DNA from: Octopus vulgaris
Taxonomy: Eukaryota
DNA: 64,000 bases
NCBI GenBank assembly: GCA_951406725.2
Contig: OX597825.1
Span: 83,452,001 to 83,516,000 of the forward strand
Reading direction: 5' to 3'
Shown here: positions 43,375 to 57,574 of the stretch, one piece after another
How the letters are laid out: each line of letters begins with the position of its first letter
Numbering within the stretch: the first letter of the stretch is position 1
The notes under the pieces: model-generated
What the model was told of the DNA's origin: nothing
Seen by the model: the letters and a program-made list of their open reading frames with translations, nothing else
The model's database searches: none
Translations under genes and position numbers: made by a program

Positions 43375-43724
43375 ACAAAGAAGAACACTCCGAGAGCTCA
43401 AACCTCTGCCAAGCCAACACCAATATCCTCTCAGTGATTAACCGGAGATGATTTTTAAAATGAGAATATTCGAAACAAACTCGTCCGCTCTTACGAACGA
43501 GAATACTAAAAATGAAACCGACAACTTTCACAGATTAAGTTTTAAAAAACCCACTAAAATAATCCAGAATCCTTGTCCGGTACCGCATCAATCCCAAAAT
43601 CTAATTAGTTGGTGCCAGTTACTAGGCCAAACATCCCTGAAAGTTTCATCCGAATCCAATCCATCCAGCGGTTCTTGAGATAACTTGTCCACAGTCAAAC
43701 GAAGAAACACGAGGAACACAATAC
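43375..43724 (+). mobile_element. Non-autonomous Helentron/DINE-like interspersed element
   Basis: Head (CACTCCGAGAGCTCAAACCTCTGCCAAG, also as a fragment at ~43066-43110) and AAGTTTCATCC..ATCCAGCGGTTCTTGAGAT block resemble such elements; recognised from memory only. Confidence 0.5.
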
Positions 43725-43956
43725 CTATTTCTTTATTACCCACAAGGGGCTAAACATAGAGGGGACAAACAAGGACAGACAAAAGGATTAAGTCGATTAC
43801 ATCGACCCCAGTGCGTAACTGGTACTTAATGTTTCGACTCCGAAAGGATGAAAGGCAAATTCGACCTCGGCAGAATTTGAACTCAGAACATAGCGGCAGA
43901 CGAAATACCGCTAGGCATTTCGCCCGGCGTGCTAACGTTTCTGCCAGCTCGCCGCC
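43725..43956 (-). mobile_element. SINE family A, full length
   Basis: Reverse-complement match to 52804-53035. Confidence 0.9.
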
Positions 43957-44775
43957 TTATTTTTAATATATATACTGTAGAAGTTCTTGTTTATATATTT
44001 TGAATACATGGGGAGAAATAATAAACATGAACCGGACTAATATCGCAAAGGGGATAAAATGAAGGAACACTGAACTTACCATAGGTTTCCTTGATCAGAG
44101 AGCGCTGTCTATCAATGGAACGATATCTGCGTTGGGTTTCTAGACCGGCAGAAAACAACATGCAAACTTTACACAAATAAAACCTTAGCGATTTAAGAAA
44201 ACAAGAGTATACAGCCTAACGTCTGACTGCAGGAGAGGTTGTTCAAAGATGAGGGAAAAGCTCATGGTCTTAGGAACTCCACCACGTAGGCAAACGCCGA
44301 AACACTACAGGCAACAACAGCTAATATAACAAACAAAAACTGTAATAATAACACAAACAACAAACTCAAAAAGTGGCATGTTTCCGTTATGTAATATCAA
44401 CTTTATTCAATCCCTAATTCGAAGTAATTGCTCGTTTAATGCTAACATGGCGAAGCAACATGGTGAAGAAACATGGCGGTGTGTTTGGCTTCATTCGGCT
44501 CCTATAGATATGAAGATTGTTTATATAACAAAACAACGCATCGACTATTATTGGCAGTTTACTGTCAGTATATGCATACAAACACGCACACACAAACACA
44601 CGCATCTAAACATACATATACACACGCTTATATACAGCAATATAGGTGTAGACACACACACATACACACACACACGTACATATATATATATATAATTACC
44701 TACACGAATACATACGTACTTTCTTCTATCGTCTTCGATTTATTACAACTACATATACACACATACGTACGTAGT

Positions 44776-44830
<55 letters not shown>

Positions 44831-45009
44831 ATGGATATATAAATACGTGTGTGTATGTATATGTGTATATACACTCATATATTTACTCATAATAAGACAT
44901 CATACATACATAAGTACATACATACAAACATTCATACATAGATACATACTTACACACACATATATGTATGTATATATATATATATATATAAAGATATATA
45001 TAAATGTAA

Positions 45010-45074
<65 letters not shown>

Positions 45075-48000
45075 TGTGTATGTGTTTGTGTATGTGTGTG
45101 TGTGTATTGCTAGTACGTGTAGTGTTCTTTATTGGTTGTTTTATAGTAAGTGTTCTATTACTATTTATTATTGTAGGTCATGCCTGCAACATATTTTGTC
45201 TCGAGCAGATAAAATTCTCTCTTGCCAGATCATGTGGACTGCATCAGTTTCAAATTGCTGTTAACGACTTCTTCATTGTCTGCGACAGATTGGGGAGATT
45301 CTTCCTTTTAATTTATCTCCTCCTCCTCCCCTCTACCTTATCTTCTTTTTGTCCGTCTTTCTCTTCTTTTTCTTCTTTTTTATATCTTCTTGCCCGCATC
45401 CTTCTTCATTATCATCCTCAACTTCTTTCTCTTCTACTCCTGTTACTTGTCCTCCTCTTTATTCTCCTCCTCTCCCTCTCTACTCCTACTCCTCCTCTTC
45501 CTTCTTCCTTGTCTGCTTGCTGACCTTTGAAATCTTCCTACCCAAACCCCCGTCCCTCTTCTACCTCTCCTTTTCTTTCTTCATCGTCTTCTTCATCACC
45601 TTTCGATCTATTTTCCTGAATTCTGCTCATAGATTTGTCCCAATAAGTCTTTCCTCTTGCAACATTGTACTTTGTATTTTGCCCGGATTTCGCAGCTCAG
45701 GTTTTCGCGTTACAGAAAGCAACAAGTAAATACTATCAATCTCAACAATTATTTGATCAACTGCACCTCTTACACAATGCTCCCTTATATGAGGCTGCAT
45801 CTATCATATACACGTGTACCCTAAACATCATCCCTTGTCAGAGACGGCTTGACAAGGATGGATAAGATTGAGCCACTGTATTTCAAAAGCAATGTACCCA
45901 GTAAACATCCGCACAGATTCCGTCTGCCCAGGTTCTCTCACATGAATGACACGATTCGATTCTATGGTAAAAGTGATTTACGTCAGATACATTGCAATGG
46001 GTTCAACCCGGTGTCTTTTCTTTCCAAGTGTTTTCTTAAGCAAACAATGATTTAAACAGCCAATATTTTGATAGGCTGTGGAGTGAAAATATTACAGAAG
46101 AATTTATAAGCAATACTTCTCCAGGTAGTCATACACGTCATTATTTCATATTCGATACTCCGTCGAGGTCAACTTCGCCTTTCAGCCTTTCGGTATCGAT
46201 AAGCCTAGTATCAGTTGTGCATTGGGGGCCGATCTAATCGAGTGGCCCTTGCTCTCAAATTTCAGGCCTTTTGCCTAAAGCAGAAAGTATTATTTCTGAT
46301 TACATGTCGAGAATGGTAAGATTGAAACCCCTAAAGACTAGCACGAACACCTGTAAGTTGATGTATAATTAATTGTTTCGAATTTTGTCAGAAGCAGTTT
46401 AAAGGAGAGGGTTTTACTCGATTTCATTAATCCCAGCAATCGACTGATTCCTTAATTTAACGACGTCAAAACACGAAAGTCATGGTTGACTTTCGTGTAA
46501 GAATTCCGAATATAAGAGGCCAGAACTGGTAAGCATTTTATCTGACCGCCTTAAAATTCTGCCAGATCGCAGCCTATATCAACATACAATTAAGGGTTTC
46601 AAATTTTGGCATAAGACCAGCAATTTTAGAAGAGGGTTAAATCGATTATATCTATCCCAGTGTTTTAATCAAACTTATTTTATCGACCCTGAAGGATGAA
46701 AGACAAAGTTGACACCGGAGGAATTTGAACTACACTAAGCAGTTTTCCCGACGTGCTAATTATTCCACCAATTCGTCATTTCATACTGATGCATAATTAA
46801 TATAAAAAAAGTAAACGAGGGGTTTGAATGGAACGAGGGCATGTTCGAAACGTGCTCAAAAGGCAAACGTTCATATGGCAGAATTAAAGCTTGCGGCCCT
46901 TTTGACATAAATAGATGTAAGTATTTTGTATTTAACATTAAATTTAGCAAAGGAATCCAAGGCATTTTATTTATCTATTCATTTATTATTATTTTTTTAT
47001 TAAGTACGAACAGAAAAAAAATCAAATCGTACGAGAATAACTTCTGCTATTTTACTGTTAGCAAAACTGATAAAATCTTATTTTTAGTTGAGATAAATCT
47101 TTTCATATCCAACATAATGCGAAATAATCACAACTAATTCATGAGAAAAATATAGCATTTTCGATATAGTAGCTTCCTTGGTGCTATTTTGGTAATAGGT
47201 TAAACAAAGCTGCTGCAAAAAAAGAAGTGAAAACAATTGTCCCCTTTAATACGAAATACTAAGCACGTGATTAATGTCTTAGACGTTATTTGAAAAGTTA
47301 CAATTTATGTTTTTGTTTTATTGTTGCATAAAATATATATTCATGATTTGAAGCTATCTGAATTCCTTCAATCATTATAAATGAACTTAAAACAATTGAA
47401 TAATCATGTTCTATGAATAATTTGCGTCTCTAGAAAATATAAGAAGAATTGGGAAATGAAACAACTTAAAACCGATTTATACATAAATTAAGTGGTGTTA
47501 ATATGTATGTGTATATATGCATGCATGCACGACGAGTGTATGTTCTAGAGTATGTATTCATGTATAGTCATACCTCCTCTAAGTCCTGGAATATTCAAAA
47601 CGGAGCCCCAATAACAGCTGCAGCTTAATGGTATCGGCGGGACTTTTGTTTCGGATGTAACGTGGAACGAAATCCTGTTGAGCATTTTGCTTACAGGCTC
47701 GGCATCTTAATAATATTTCTTCTTTATTTTAGAGAAAGACCAGCAGATCTAATAGGTAGGGGAAGTCTGTTACATTGACCCCCAGTGATTAACTGGAAGT
47801 TTATTTCCTTCGCCCCGAAAGGATGAAATATATAGCTGATCTCGGCGAACTGTTGAATTCAGAACTTAAAGACGGATGAAAAAATGCGAAGAATATTGTT
47901 CGGCAGGCAAAATATTCTGCGAAATCTAGGTACAGCACATGAAATTTGGGACGAAGGGGCCTACTCGAGTGTAACAAACCCAGTGCTTGGCTGGTACTTA

Positions 48001-48189
48001 TTTTATCTACGCCGAAAGGATGAAAGGTAAAGTCTACATCTGCGGAATTTTTACTCAGAAAATAAGATGGACGACATGCCGCAGAGCATTTCGCTCGGTG
48101 AGCTAACGATTCAGTCAGTTCACTGCCGTAATGAGGATGATGATGATGATGATGATGATAACAAGAACAAGAACAAGAACAACAATAAC

Positions 48190-48251
<62 letters not shown>

Positions 48252-48252
<1 letters not shown>

Positions 48253-48401
48253 TGCCTAGTAGTACAATTTTCTGTATGTCAAACACATATAACATACAGA
48301 AAATTGCACTACTAGGCACTGCACACATCCTACGCAGAACACTTTCCATACGATAACCATCAGAGCATCACAACAAATCACAGCACATACCTAAGGCACA
48401 C
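48252..48401 (+). mobile_element. Short R4/Dong 3'-end fragment with 5' inversion, inside a (TAA)n array
   Basis: 48280-48401 nearly duplicates 49346-49467; 48252-48279 is an inverted copy of ACATACAGAAAATTGCACTACTAGGCA. Confidence 0.85.
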
Positions 48402-49520
<1,119 letters not shown>

Positions 49521-49531
49521 ATAATAATAAC

Positions 49532-49637
<106 letters not shown>

Positions 49638-49854
49638 TTAATAATAATACTTTCTATGTAATCTCAAATTTTAAAACAAAGTCATAATTTTCTTATGTTT
49701 TCTAAAACATTCTCTAGAACAACACTATGCGCAAAACCAAATATATGGCACCCTAAGCATGAACTTCTAACTTGTTTTCTCTTGAGGTCTCTGGGTGAGA
49801 CTTGGAGTCAGTTTGTGCAAATACAAAACATAGGTCAGACATATAATGATGATG

Positions 49855-49917
<63 letters not shown>

Positions 49918-49965
49918 GTAATAATAATAATAACAATAATAATGATGATGATGATGATGATGATG

Positions 49966-50017
<52 letters not shown>

Positions 50018-50020
<3 letters not shown>

Positions 50021-50165
50021 AAATTGAGAAAGGAAGCAAACGATGCTGGATCATAGATATAGCATGCCCAACTGACAACAAGTTATTCGATAAGGAAGAA
50101 AAGTAGATAGATATGATAGGTTAGCTTGGGAGAGTAAGCAGTTGTGGTCAATGGAAAACGTGGTC
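50018..50165 (+). mobile_element. RLE endonuclease fragment of a second R4-like family after a (TAA)n array
   Basis: Encodes IEKGSKRCWIIDIACPTDNKLFDKEEK, homologous to CFLIDVSIPADDNVSLKEMEK. Confidence 0.75.
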
Positions 50166-50244
50166 GATGAAAAAAGTCGACATCGGCAGAATTTGAACTC
50201 GGAACATAGCGACTGGCAAAATACTACTAAGTATTTCAATCAGC

Positions 50245-50423
<179 letters not shown>

Positions 50424-50814
50424 TGATGTGTAGAATGTATGATGTGTTAACTAGTTGTGCAACAATAACTAATTAAACATTACTCGATCCATTGACGGAG
50501 CTACTAAGTTTATGGTAGACTAATTTGAGACGATATAACAATGGACGCTGATTGCAAGGAGAATAGTGTAGGGTTATCATGATAAGAATAAAATATGCTA
50601 ATGATGTTTTATTTGAATTTAATTACATTGAATCGTATGGTCTAATAGGAATGAATTTCTTCTATAAAAAGGTTTAGTCTCAGCTAATTAGATAAGGCAA
50701 CTGGTCTAGATAGGAGAAAACAATAGAAGAAAAGGAACAAATATATACATACTTACATAAGGACATACATACATATATATATATTTATACGCACATATAT
50801 ACGTGTATATATAG

Positions 50815-50846
<32 letters not shown>

Positions 50847-50973
50847 AGGTGTGTGGATGTGTGGGTGTATACACGAGTAAGCATATAAATGCAAAACAGG
50901 ATGGAAAAAATAGCAAACGAATACCGATGGTAGAATAATATTGTTTTCTATTAAGGCTGCTAAAAGCAGCACA

Positions 50974-51015
50974 AAAACTCTAACTCAGAGTTTCACGTTC
51001 CCGTTCATCGGACGA
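50974..51015 (-). ncRNA. Minimal hammerhead ribozyme motif (CCGAUGA core), stem I degraded
   Basis: CCGATGA-ACG-GGAA-CGT-GAAAC-TCTGA-GTT: perfect stem II with GNRA loop and palindromic stem III ACTC-T-GAGT. Confidence 0.65.
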
Positions 51016-51037
51016 TTATGATTAAAGCTTTATCTCT

Positions 51038-51078
51038 ACTGTCTGACGAACGGGAACTGGAAACTCTGAGTAGCGTTT
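51038..51078 (+). ncRNA. Minimal hammerhead ribozyme motif (CUGACGA core), stem II degraded
   Basis: ACTGT-CTGACGA-ACGGGAACTG-GAAAC-TCTGA-GTA-GCGT. Confidence 0.65.
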
Positions 51079-51162
51079 TTTTGTGATGTTTTTGCACCTT
51101 TAATAAAACATGTATATATATTTACATACACAGACACACATATACATACATATATATATATA

Positions 51163-51206
<44 letters not shown>

Positions 51207-51330
51207 TAATATAGGATAACATTTTTCGAAAGAAATTCTATCAATGGCCAGCATATTAAAAAATACCTTTAAAGGTTAAATTTATAAACAAGAGCATAAG
51301 ATTTTTTTCTTTTGCCCTTCTTTATAAATT

Positions 51331-51412
<82 letters not shown>

Positions 51413-51415
<3 letters not shown>

Positions 51416-51983
51416 GATAAATCTCAGAGCGAGTTATAAACAGTAGCAGCAACACATCGTGACGTATATTTGCCATTTGAATATGGCTAACCCCTAAGGG
51501 TGGATGCTACTGTAGTTTGTAGCCCCAGAAGGACACCTCCTCCAGCTGGCTATAGACACACTTTCTGTGCTCTGTCAGTATTTGCGAAGGGAAGCCATCC
51601 TTCCTGTCTTGAACTTATGATACACACGGACTCGAGTTTCAGGGTATTGACCCGTCATCGGCGTGTGACAATCACAGTTGTCGACGAGAAGTTGGTTCCC
51701 TTCACAAATACATATACTTTTTACAGTATCGATTGACACTAATATTGAAAAAGTGAAATCAAACAATGATAAATCTCAGAGCGAGTTATAAACAGTAGCA
51801 GCAACACATCGTGACGTATGTTTACCATTTGAATATGGCTAACCCCTAAGGGTGGATGCTACTGTAGTTTGTAGCCCCAGGAGGAGACCTCCTCCAGCTG
51901 GCTATAGACACACTTTCTGTACCCTGTCAGTATTTGCGAAAGGAAACCATCCTTCCCGTCTTCAACTTATGATACACACGGAC
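51413..51983 (-). mobile_element. Retrozyme-like / PLE pLTR-like partial tandem repeat (352-bp period, ~1.6 units) within (TA)n
   Basis: 51413-51631 is repeated at 51765-51983 with a few substitutions; non-coding; contains a hammerhead; (TA)n on both flanks. Confidence 0.85.
51623..51667 (-). ncRNA. Minimal type I hammerhead ribozyme, predicted cleavage after GUC (between 51629 and 51628)
   Basis: Minus strand CACACG-CCGATGA-C-GGGT-CAAT-ACCC-T-GAAAC-TCGA-GTC-CGTGTG: 6-bp stem I, 4-bp stem II, palindromic stem III ACTCGAGT. Confidence 0.85.
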
Positions 51984-51984
51984 A

Positions 51985-52016
<32 letters not shown>

Positions 52017-52803
52017 CATATATATACATATATATATATACATATATATATATATATGCATGTATATACGTAAATACATACATGTGCACATACATACATA
52101 CATAAATACATGCATACATACATACACACCACGTGAAATATCGCTAACGCGATTATAGCTGAATCTAACCACTACAGATAAAACTAAGAACGTGACCACC
52201 GATGAAAACAGAACTGCTTCACCAGAAAACTGGGATCTTCAGAAAGAGAAATCGACCAGCTAATTCGTATATTACAAGTGCAATCTTCTGAGTGCAACGT
52301 TAAAAATATGCAAGACTTTTCTAAAGTTCCAGATGAGAATTTGTCTGTGTTAACTATATCATAAAGAGAGAGCCTTGTATTTCTGTTGTATCCTCTGTGA
52401 AAGATTCATAGTAATTCAAAAATAGAAGTGACGTACATCAGAACTTAACTCAAGAGATACTAAATAATTAATGAAGGAAAAATAAATGCGCTCCAGAATT
52501 AAGAACACTTTGTATGGTGATTGCTGGGCAAACTAGAAATAGCAGTCAAATTCCTTTCTAACTAAAGTCTATTGCGCAAGAAAATATACTCCTGGCCTAC
52601 GTTAAAAAGACTAGTGTGTGACTAGTGGAATGGGTTTCCTCATCTCGCTTGTCGTTGATGTTAGGTTAAATAACAACAGGTCAGATAGCGGCGGTGTTTA
52701 GTAGGAAATAAAATGATTCTTTGGAGAAAATGTTGAATTTAATAGGATTGAATTTTAGTCTTTACAGCTCGATTTCTAGTAGACAGTGGTATTTTTAAAC
52801 AGA

Positions 52804-53035
52804 GGGTGGCGAGCTGGCAGAATCGTTAGGGCGCCGGTCGAAATGCTTAGCGGTATTTCGTCTGCCGTTAAGTCCTTAGTTCAAATTCCGCCGAGGTCGA
52901 CTTTGCCTTTCATCCTTTCGGGGTTGATTAAATAAGTAGCAGTTACGCACTGGGGTCGATTTAATCGACTTAATCCGTTTGTCTGTCCTTGTTTGTCCCC
53001 TCTGTGTTTAGCCCCTTGTGGGTAGTAAAGAAATA
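52804..53035 (+). mobile_element. SINE family A, full length with 16-bp TSD
   Basis: GGTATTTTTAAACAGA on both flanks. Confidence 0.92.
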
Positions 53036-53234
53036 GGTATTTTTAAACAGAAATTTAGCATCACATATATAGTCTGTTATCAAAGGTAAATGATTTCCTG
53101 ATGCGATAAAAAAGAATTTCTAATGAGAAATGTTGCCCTTAAGCAGATTTCTGAGCATTATTAAAACTGCGCTACGCATTATGAAGAATTGTTGAGCATA
53201 CTAATCAAAGAATATATTCTGCCTTAAAAAATGT

Positions 53235-53345
53235 GAAAGAAGTACTTGAGACAGCAAGAGAATTCAAGAACCGAAAGAAGATCAGCAGAATCAACGGCTG
53301 GAGAGAGAAAGAATTATGTGATCAATTCCTAGTAAGCACCGAGGG
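53235..53345 (+). mobile_element. Decayed R4-like RT C-terminal fragment
   Basis: ETAREFKNRKKISRINGWREKELCDQF resembles the W.EKPLHG.(Y/F) motif of the 48.6-kb element. Confidence 0.45.
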
Positions 53346-53569
53346 TTTAGAATGTAAAGAAGACATGTTTTCTCTGACAGATGGAAACCGGAAACCATAT
53401 AAGAATGGTTGAGGTTTTGCGTATAATGATAATATAACTACGATAAACTGGTACATGTTTGTCCAAAGTGGAAAATAGCATCGAGGCAAATCAGGCTGAT
53501 GTCTTAATCAAGGAAACAAAGACGCCTTACCCACACCAAAGCAATGGAAGCGCTTGCAGTCTTCCAGTC

Positions 53570-53907
53570 TTTTATTCTTTCACTAGTCTCAGTCATCTAG
53601 ATGCTGCCATGCTGGAGCACCGCCTTCAAGGGTTTTAGTCGAAGAAAACGACACCAGGACTTATTCTTTGTAAGCCTAGTTCTTATTCTGTCGGTCCATT
53701 TTGCCGAACCGCTAGGTTATGGGGACGTAAACACATCAACATCGGTTGTCAGGCAGTGGTAGGGGGCCAAACACAGACACATATACACACGCATATATAA
53801 ATATAAATATATATATATATATGTGTGTGTATGTGTATATATACACACGCACACATATCTATATATACATACATACACTCACACACACGCACACACGCAC
53901 ACACACG

Positions 53908-53942
<35 letters not shown>

Positions 53943-54090
53943 TTATATATATATACACGCACACACGACGGTCTTCTTTCAGTTTCCGTCTACCAAACCT
54001 ACTCACAAGGCTTTGGTCGGCCCGACGCTATAGTAGAAAACACTTTCCCAAGGTGCCACGCGGTAGGACTAAACCTGGAACCATGTGGTT
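53570..54090 (-). mobile_element. SINE family B
   Basis: Family B tail, internal microsatellite and most of the head. Confidence 0.88.
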
Positions 54091-54845
54091 GTATTTTAAT
54101 TCATTCCAAGTAAGTTGTAGCCTGAGAAGAACTTGCAAACTAATCAAGGAGGAACAATTAGCGTAGATAAGTAAGGACTACATTGATGATAACTAGGGTT
54201 ACTATTTTTCGAAAATACACCTGGATTCAAACAGTATCAACTACTTCAAGAATGTGGAATATAAAAAAAATACATACACTGGAAATTATAGAGGTAACTA
54301 AAATTTTATATTCGGAGATATTTATGAAAAAAGAAACCTATTCAAATTTCAGCAGATAAATACGTTTCGAAGACAAATAGTGAAAAATGTTTGACGAAAT
54401 ATGTAATATGCCTATGGAGAGACAGCCCACCAAAATTAGTTGGTAGAAACACATAACGTAAAGAAATAGCGAACGTGAGAATATGAAAATAAACAGAAGC
54501 ACAAATGGGTATAAATATTCGTGATGATAGAAAAAAAAAAGAAAACGAGAATATTTGCAAAAATACAATGTAGATGTATTGGAAGTCAGACATTATAGAT
54601 AATAATGTAAAAATTATAGATGAGATATTTTATATTAAAATAAAGGAAAAAAAAATTATTTCAATGAGAAGAGAAAAAACGTATGGAAATGATAAAAATA
54701 TATAATAGTTATGAAAATAAAATTTAGGAAAAAATTATTATAAGCATTCAAAAAGACATATTGGAATATATTTTTAACACTGATAAATGAAATGATCAAA
54801 GAGAAACACCATACAAGTACATATTTACACATACATACACATACA

Positions 54846-54891
<46 letters not shown>

Positions 54892-54966
54892 CTCATATAT
54901 GTATGTGTATACATATATACTTGTATATATATGTGTGTATATATATATATATATATGCACACACAT

Positions 54967-55038
<72 letters not shown>

Positions 55039-55242
55039 TATCATTTAAAATTAATATACACACATATATAAACACACCTATCTACATGAATTTCAGGCTT
55101 TATAAAAATATAATAATCGGTACTTTCATAACATTAAGCATAAAAATGTCACTTTATAAGCTCTAGTATGAAATATTTATGTATGTATGAGTGTGCTTAT
55201 GTGTGTATGTGCATGTGTGTGTGTGTAATATACGTATAAATA

Positions 55243-55311
<69 letters not shown>

Positions 55312-55678
55312 GGACACCCGTAGATACACATACACACGTATACACGAACACCTCACTATATATGTATACCAACACTTCAAATAATAGAAAAGAGTGTAAA
55401 TGGATATCAAACGAAAAAAAGGAGATATTTAAATGCTGTTGAGAGAGCATTTATTGTCATTGTGAGTACATTTTTAGAACCATTTAACTGTTGCAACTAC
55501 AAAATACGAACTAGAATGTAGAGTTAAGAAATCGAGGTTCATATTTTTCTGCGGAGTATGGGCAAAGAAAAGAGATGTTAAAGGTTTTGTAGAAGTTTTG
55601 GTAAAATATGTAAATTATTATTTGAAAGTAATTAATAAAAGGTATATCAAGGGAAATCTCTGCTTAAATAATATGCAT

Positions 55679-55733
<55 letters not shown>

Positions 55734-56019
55734 CTCACACCTATATATATTAACAAAAATGAAGTAGATTGACAAGTATATTTTTTGAACCTGTAGAAGT
55801 TACAAGGGATGTCGAAATATCGTTCACTTGATAACAATGGCACTCTTCTATTTCAGCTAACAATAATAATAATAATAAGCAGCGTCGATTTTTACAATTT
55901 TATAAATAATAATAATAGCATTTTATAAGCTTAAGTCTTATAGCGATCACTGCACAATGACTAAAGAAAATAGTCTAATAATGTGGCGTATAAGCCTACA
56001 ACTTTAAAAAGTATGTTTT

Positions 56020-56097
56020 TCCCGTACGTATGGGACTCGAACCCACACTTCTTTGTTTACGCGACTAGGTTTGCTACCGATTATACCAACACATCAC
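56020..56097 (-). pseudogene. tRNA-like sequence (tRNA pseudogene or isolated SINE head)
   Basis: A box TGGTATAATCGG and B box/T arm GTGGGTTCGAGTCCCAT; acceptor and anticodon stems do not pair well. Confidence 0.55.
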
Positions 56098-56290
56098 TCT
56101 GCTTCTTTCGGTCTGATTTAAGAACTATAATTTGTTGGTAGCAGATTTTGTAAACCAATTTCCATGTATATATAATATATATGTGTGTGTTTGTGTGTGT
56201 GTGTTTGTGTGTGTGCGTGCGTGTATGTGTACGTGTGTGTGTATATTCATGTATGTGTATATGTGTGTGTTTTTGTTTGCATGTATATAT

Positions 56291-56497
56291 ATTTCTTAAC
56301 TACCCACAAGGGGCTAAACACAGAGGGGACAAACAAGGACAGACAAAGGGATTAAGTCGACTACATCGACCCCAGTGCGTAACTGGTACTTAATTTATCG
56401 ACCCCGAAAGGATGAAAGGCAAAGTCGACCTCGGCGGAATTTGAACTCGGAACGTAACGACAGACGAATTTCGACCGGCGTGCTAACGTTTCTACCA
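56291..56497 (-). mobile_element. SINE family A inserted in a (TG)n-rich tandem unit
   Basis: Family A body flanked by the direct repeat GTTTGCATGTATATA. Confidence 0.85.
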
Positions 56498-56800
56498 GTT
56501 TGCATGTATATAAGGGTATGAGCGCGTTTGATTATGTATATGGTGCGTGTGTGTATGTGTGTGCGTGTGTGTGTGTGTGTGCATGTGTGTGTGTGCGCGT
56601 GTGTGTGTGTATGTGCGTGTGTGTGTGTGCGTGTGTGTGTGTGCGTGTGTGTGTGTGTATGTGCGTGTGTGTGTGTGTGCGTGTGTGTGTGTGTGTGCGT
56701 GTGTGTGTGTATATTCATGTATATGTGTATATGTGTGTGTTTTTGTTTGCACGTATACAAGGGTATGAGTGCGTTTGATTATGTATATGTAAGCATGTGA

Positions 56801-57117
56801 GGGCGCGTGGCTTAGTGGTTAGGGCATTCGGCTCATGATCGTAAGGTTGTAAGTTCGATTCCCGGCGACGCGTTGTGTCCTTGAGCAAGACACTTTATTT
56901 CACGTTGCTCCAGTCCACTCAGCTGGCAAAAATGAGTTGTACTTGTATTTCAAAGGGTCAGCCTTGTCACTCTCTGTGTCACGCTGATTATCCCCGAGAA
57001 CTACGTTAAGGGTACACGTGTCTGTGGAATGCTCAGCCATTTGCACATTAATTTCACGAGCAAGCTGTTCCGTTGATCGTATCAGCTGGGACCCTCGTCG
57101 TCGTAACCGGCGGAGTC
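56801..57117 (+). mobile_element. SINE family C, full length
   Basis: tRNA head (TGGCTTAGTGG..GTTCGATTCC), TGTGTCCTTGAGCAAGACACTT domain, tail GTCGTCGTAACCGGCGGAGT. Confidence 0.9.
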
Positions 57118-57574
57118 TTCTAAAAATATGTAAGCATATACATACATACCACTTGAATGCATTGATAAGCTTAGAATGGCGAGCATGTGGACTCAATTGT
57201 TTGCACAGCGCCGTCAATCGCGGCGCGATACCAAAACAATGCTGACGATCCTGAACACCGCCTTTGTTCTTCTCAGTTCTTCAAACGTAAGAGAAGAAGA
57301 ATTCATACAATATATATCTTTCGCCTTATAGAATTCAAAATAGAACAACCACCTTAACGTTTGTGGAACAGTAATGATCGTACTTGACTACAGCGAGATT
57401 GCAGAAGATATCTGTTTGGAACTTTGGCATCTTCACAACACAAGCACTTCATAAAAGTGGGAACAGATGGTGAATATAATGCTGAACATTTGCCTATTAT
57501 CTATGTAATCGTTGTGGAAAGCGACGAGCTTGTAAGTGAATCTCTGCTAGTCTGACTGCTCCATATGACAGAAA

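Larger units (their letters stand above)
50942..51110. repeat. Inverted pair of ~70-bp hammerhead-containing arms with 27-bp spacer
   Basis: 50942-51013 is an imperfect reverse complement of 51041-51110. Confidence 0.9.

Noticed and set aside
52200-52250. Minus-strand CTGAAGA-TC-CCAG-TTTT-CTGG-T-GAAGC hammerhead-like motif
   Set aside because: GAAA is altered and there is no stem I complementarity.
56801-56870. Apparent tRNA gene
   Set aside because: It is the tRNA-derived head of SINE family C, continuous with the SINE body, and the cloverleaf is imperfect.
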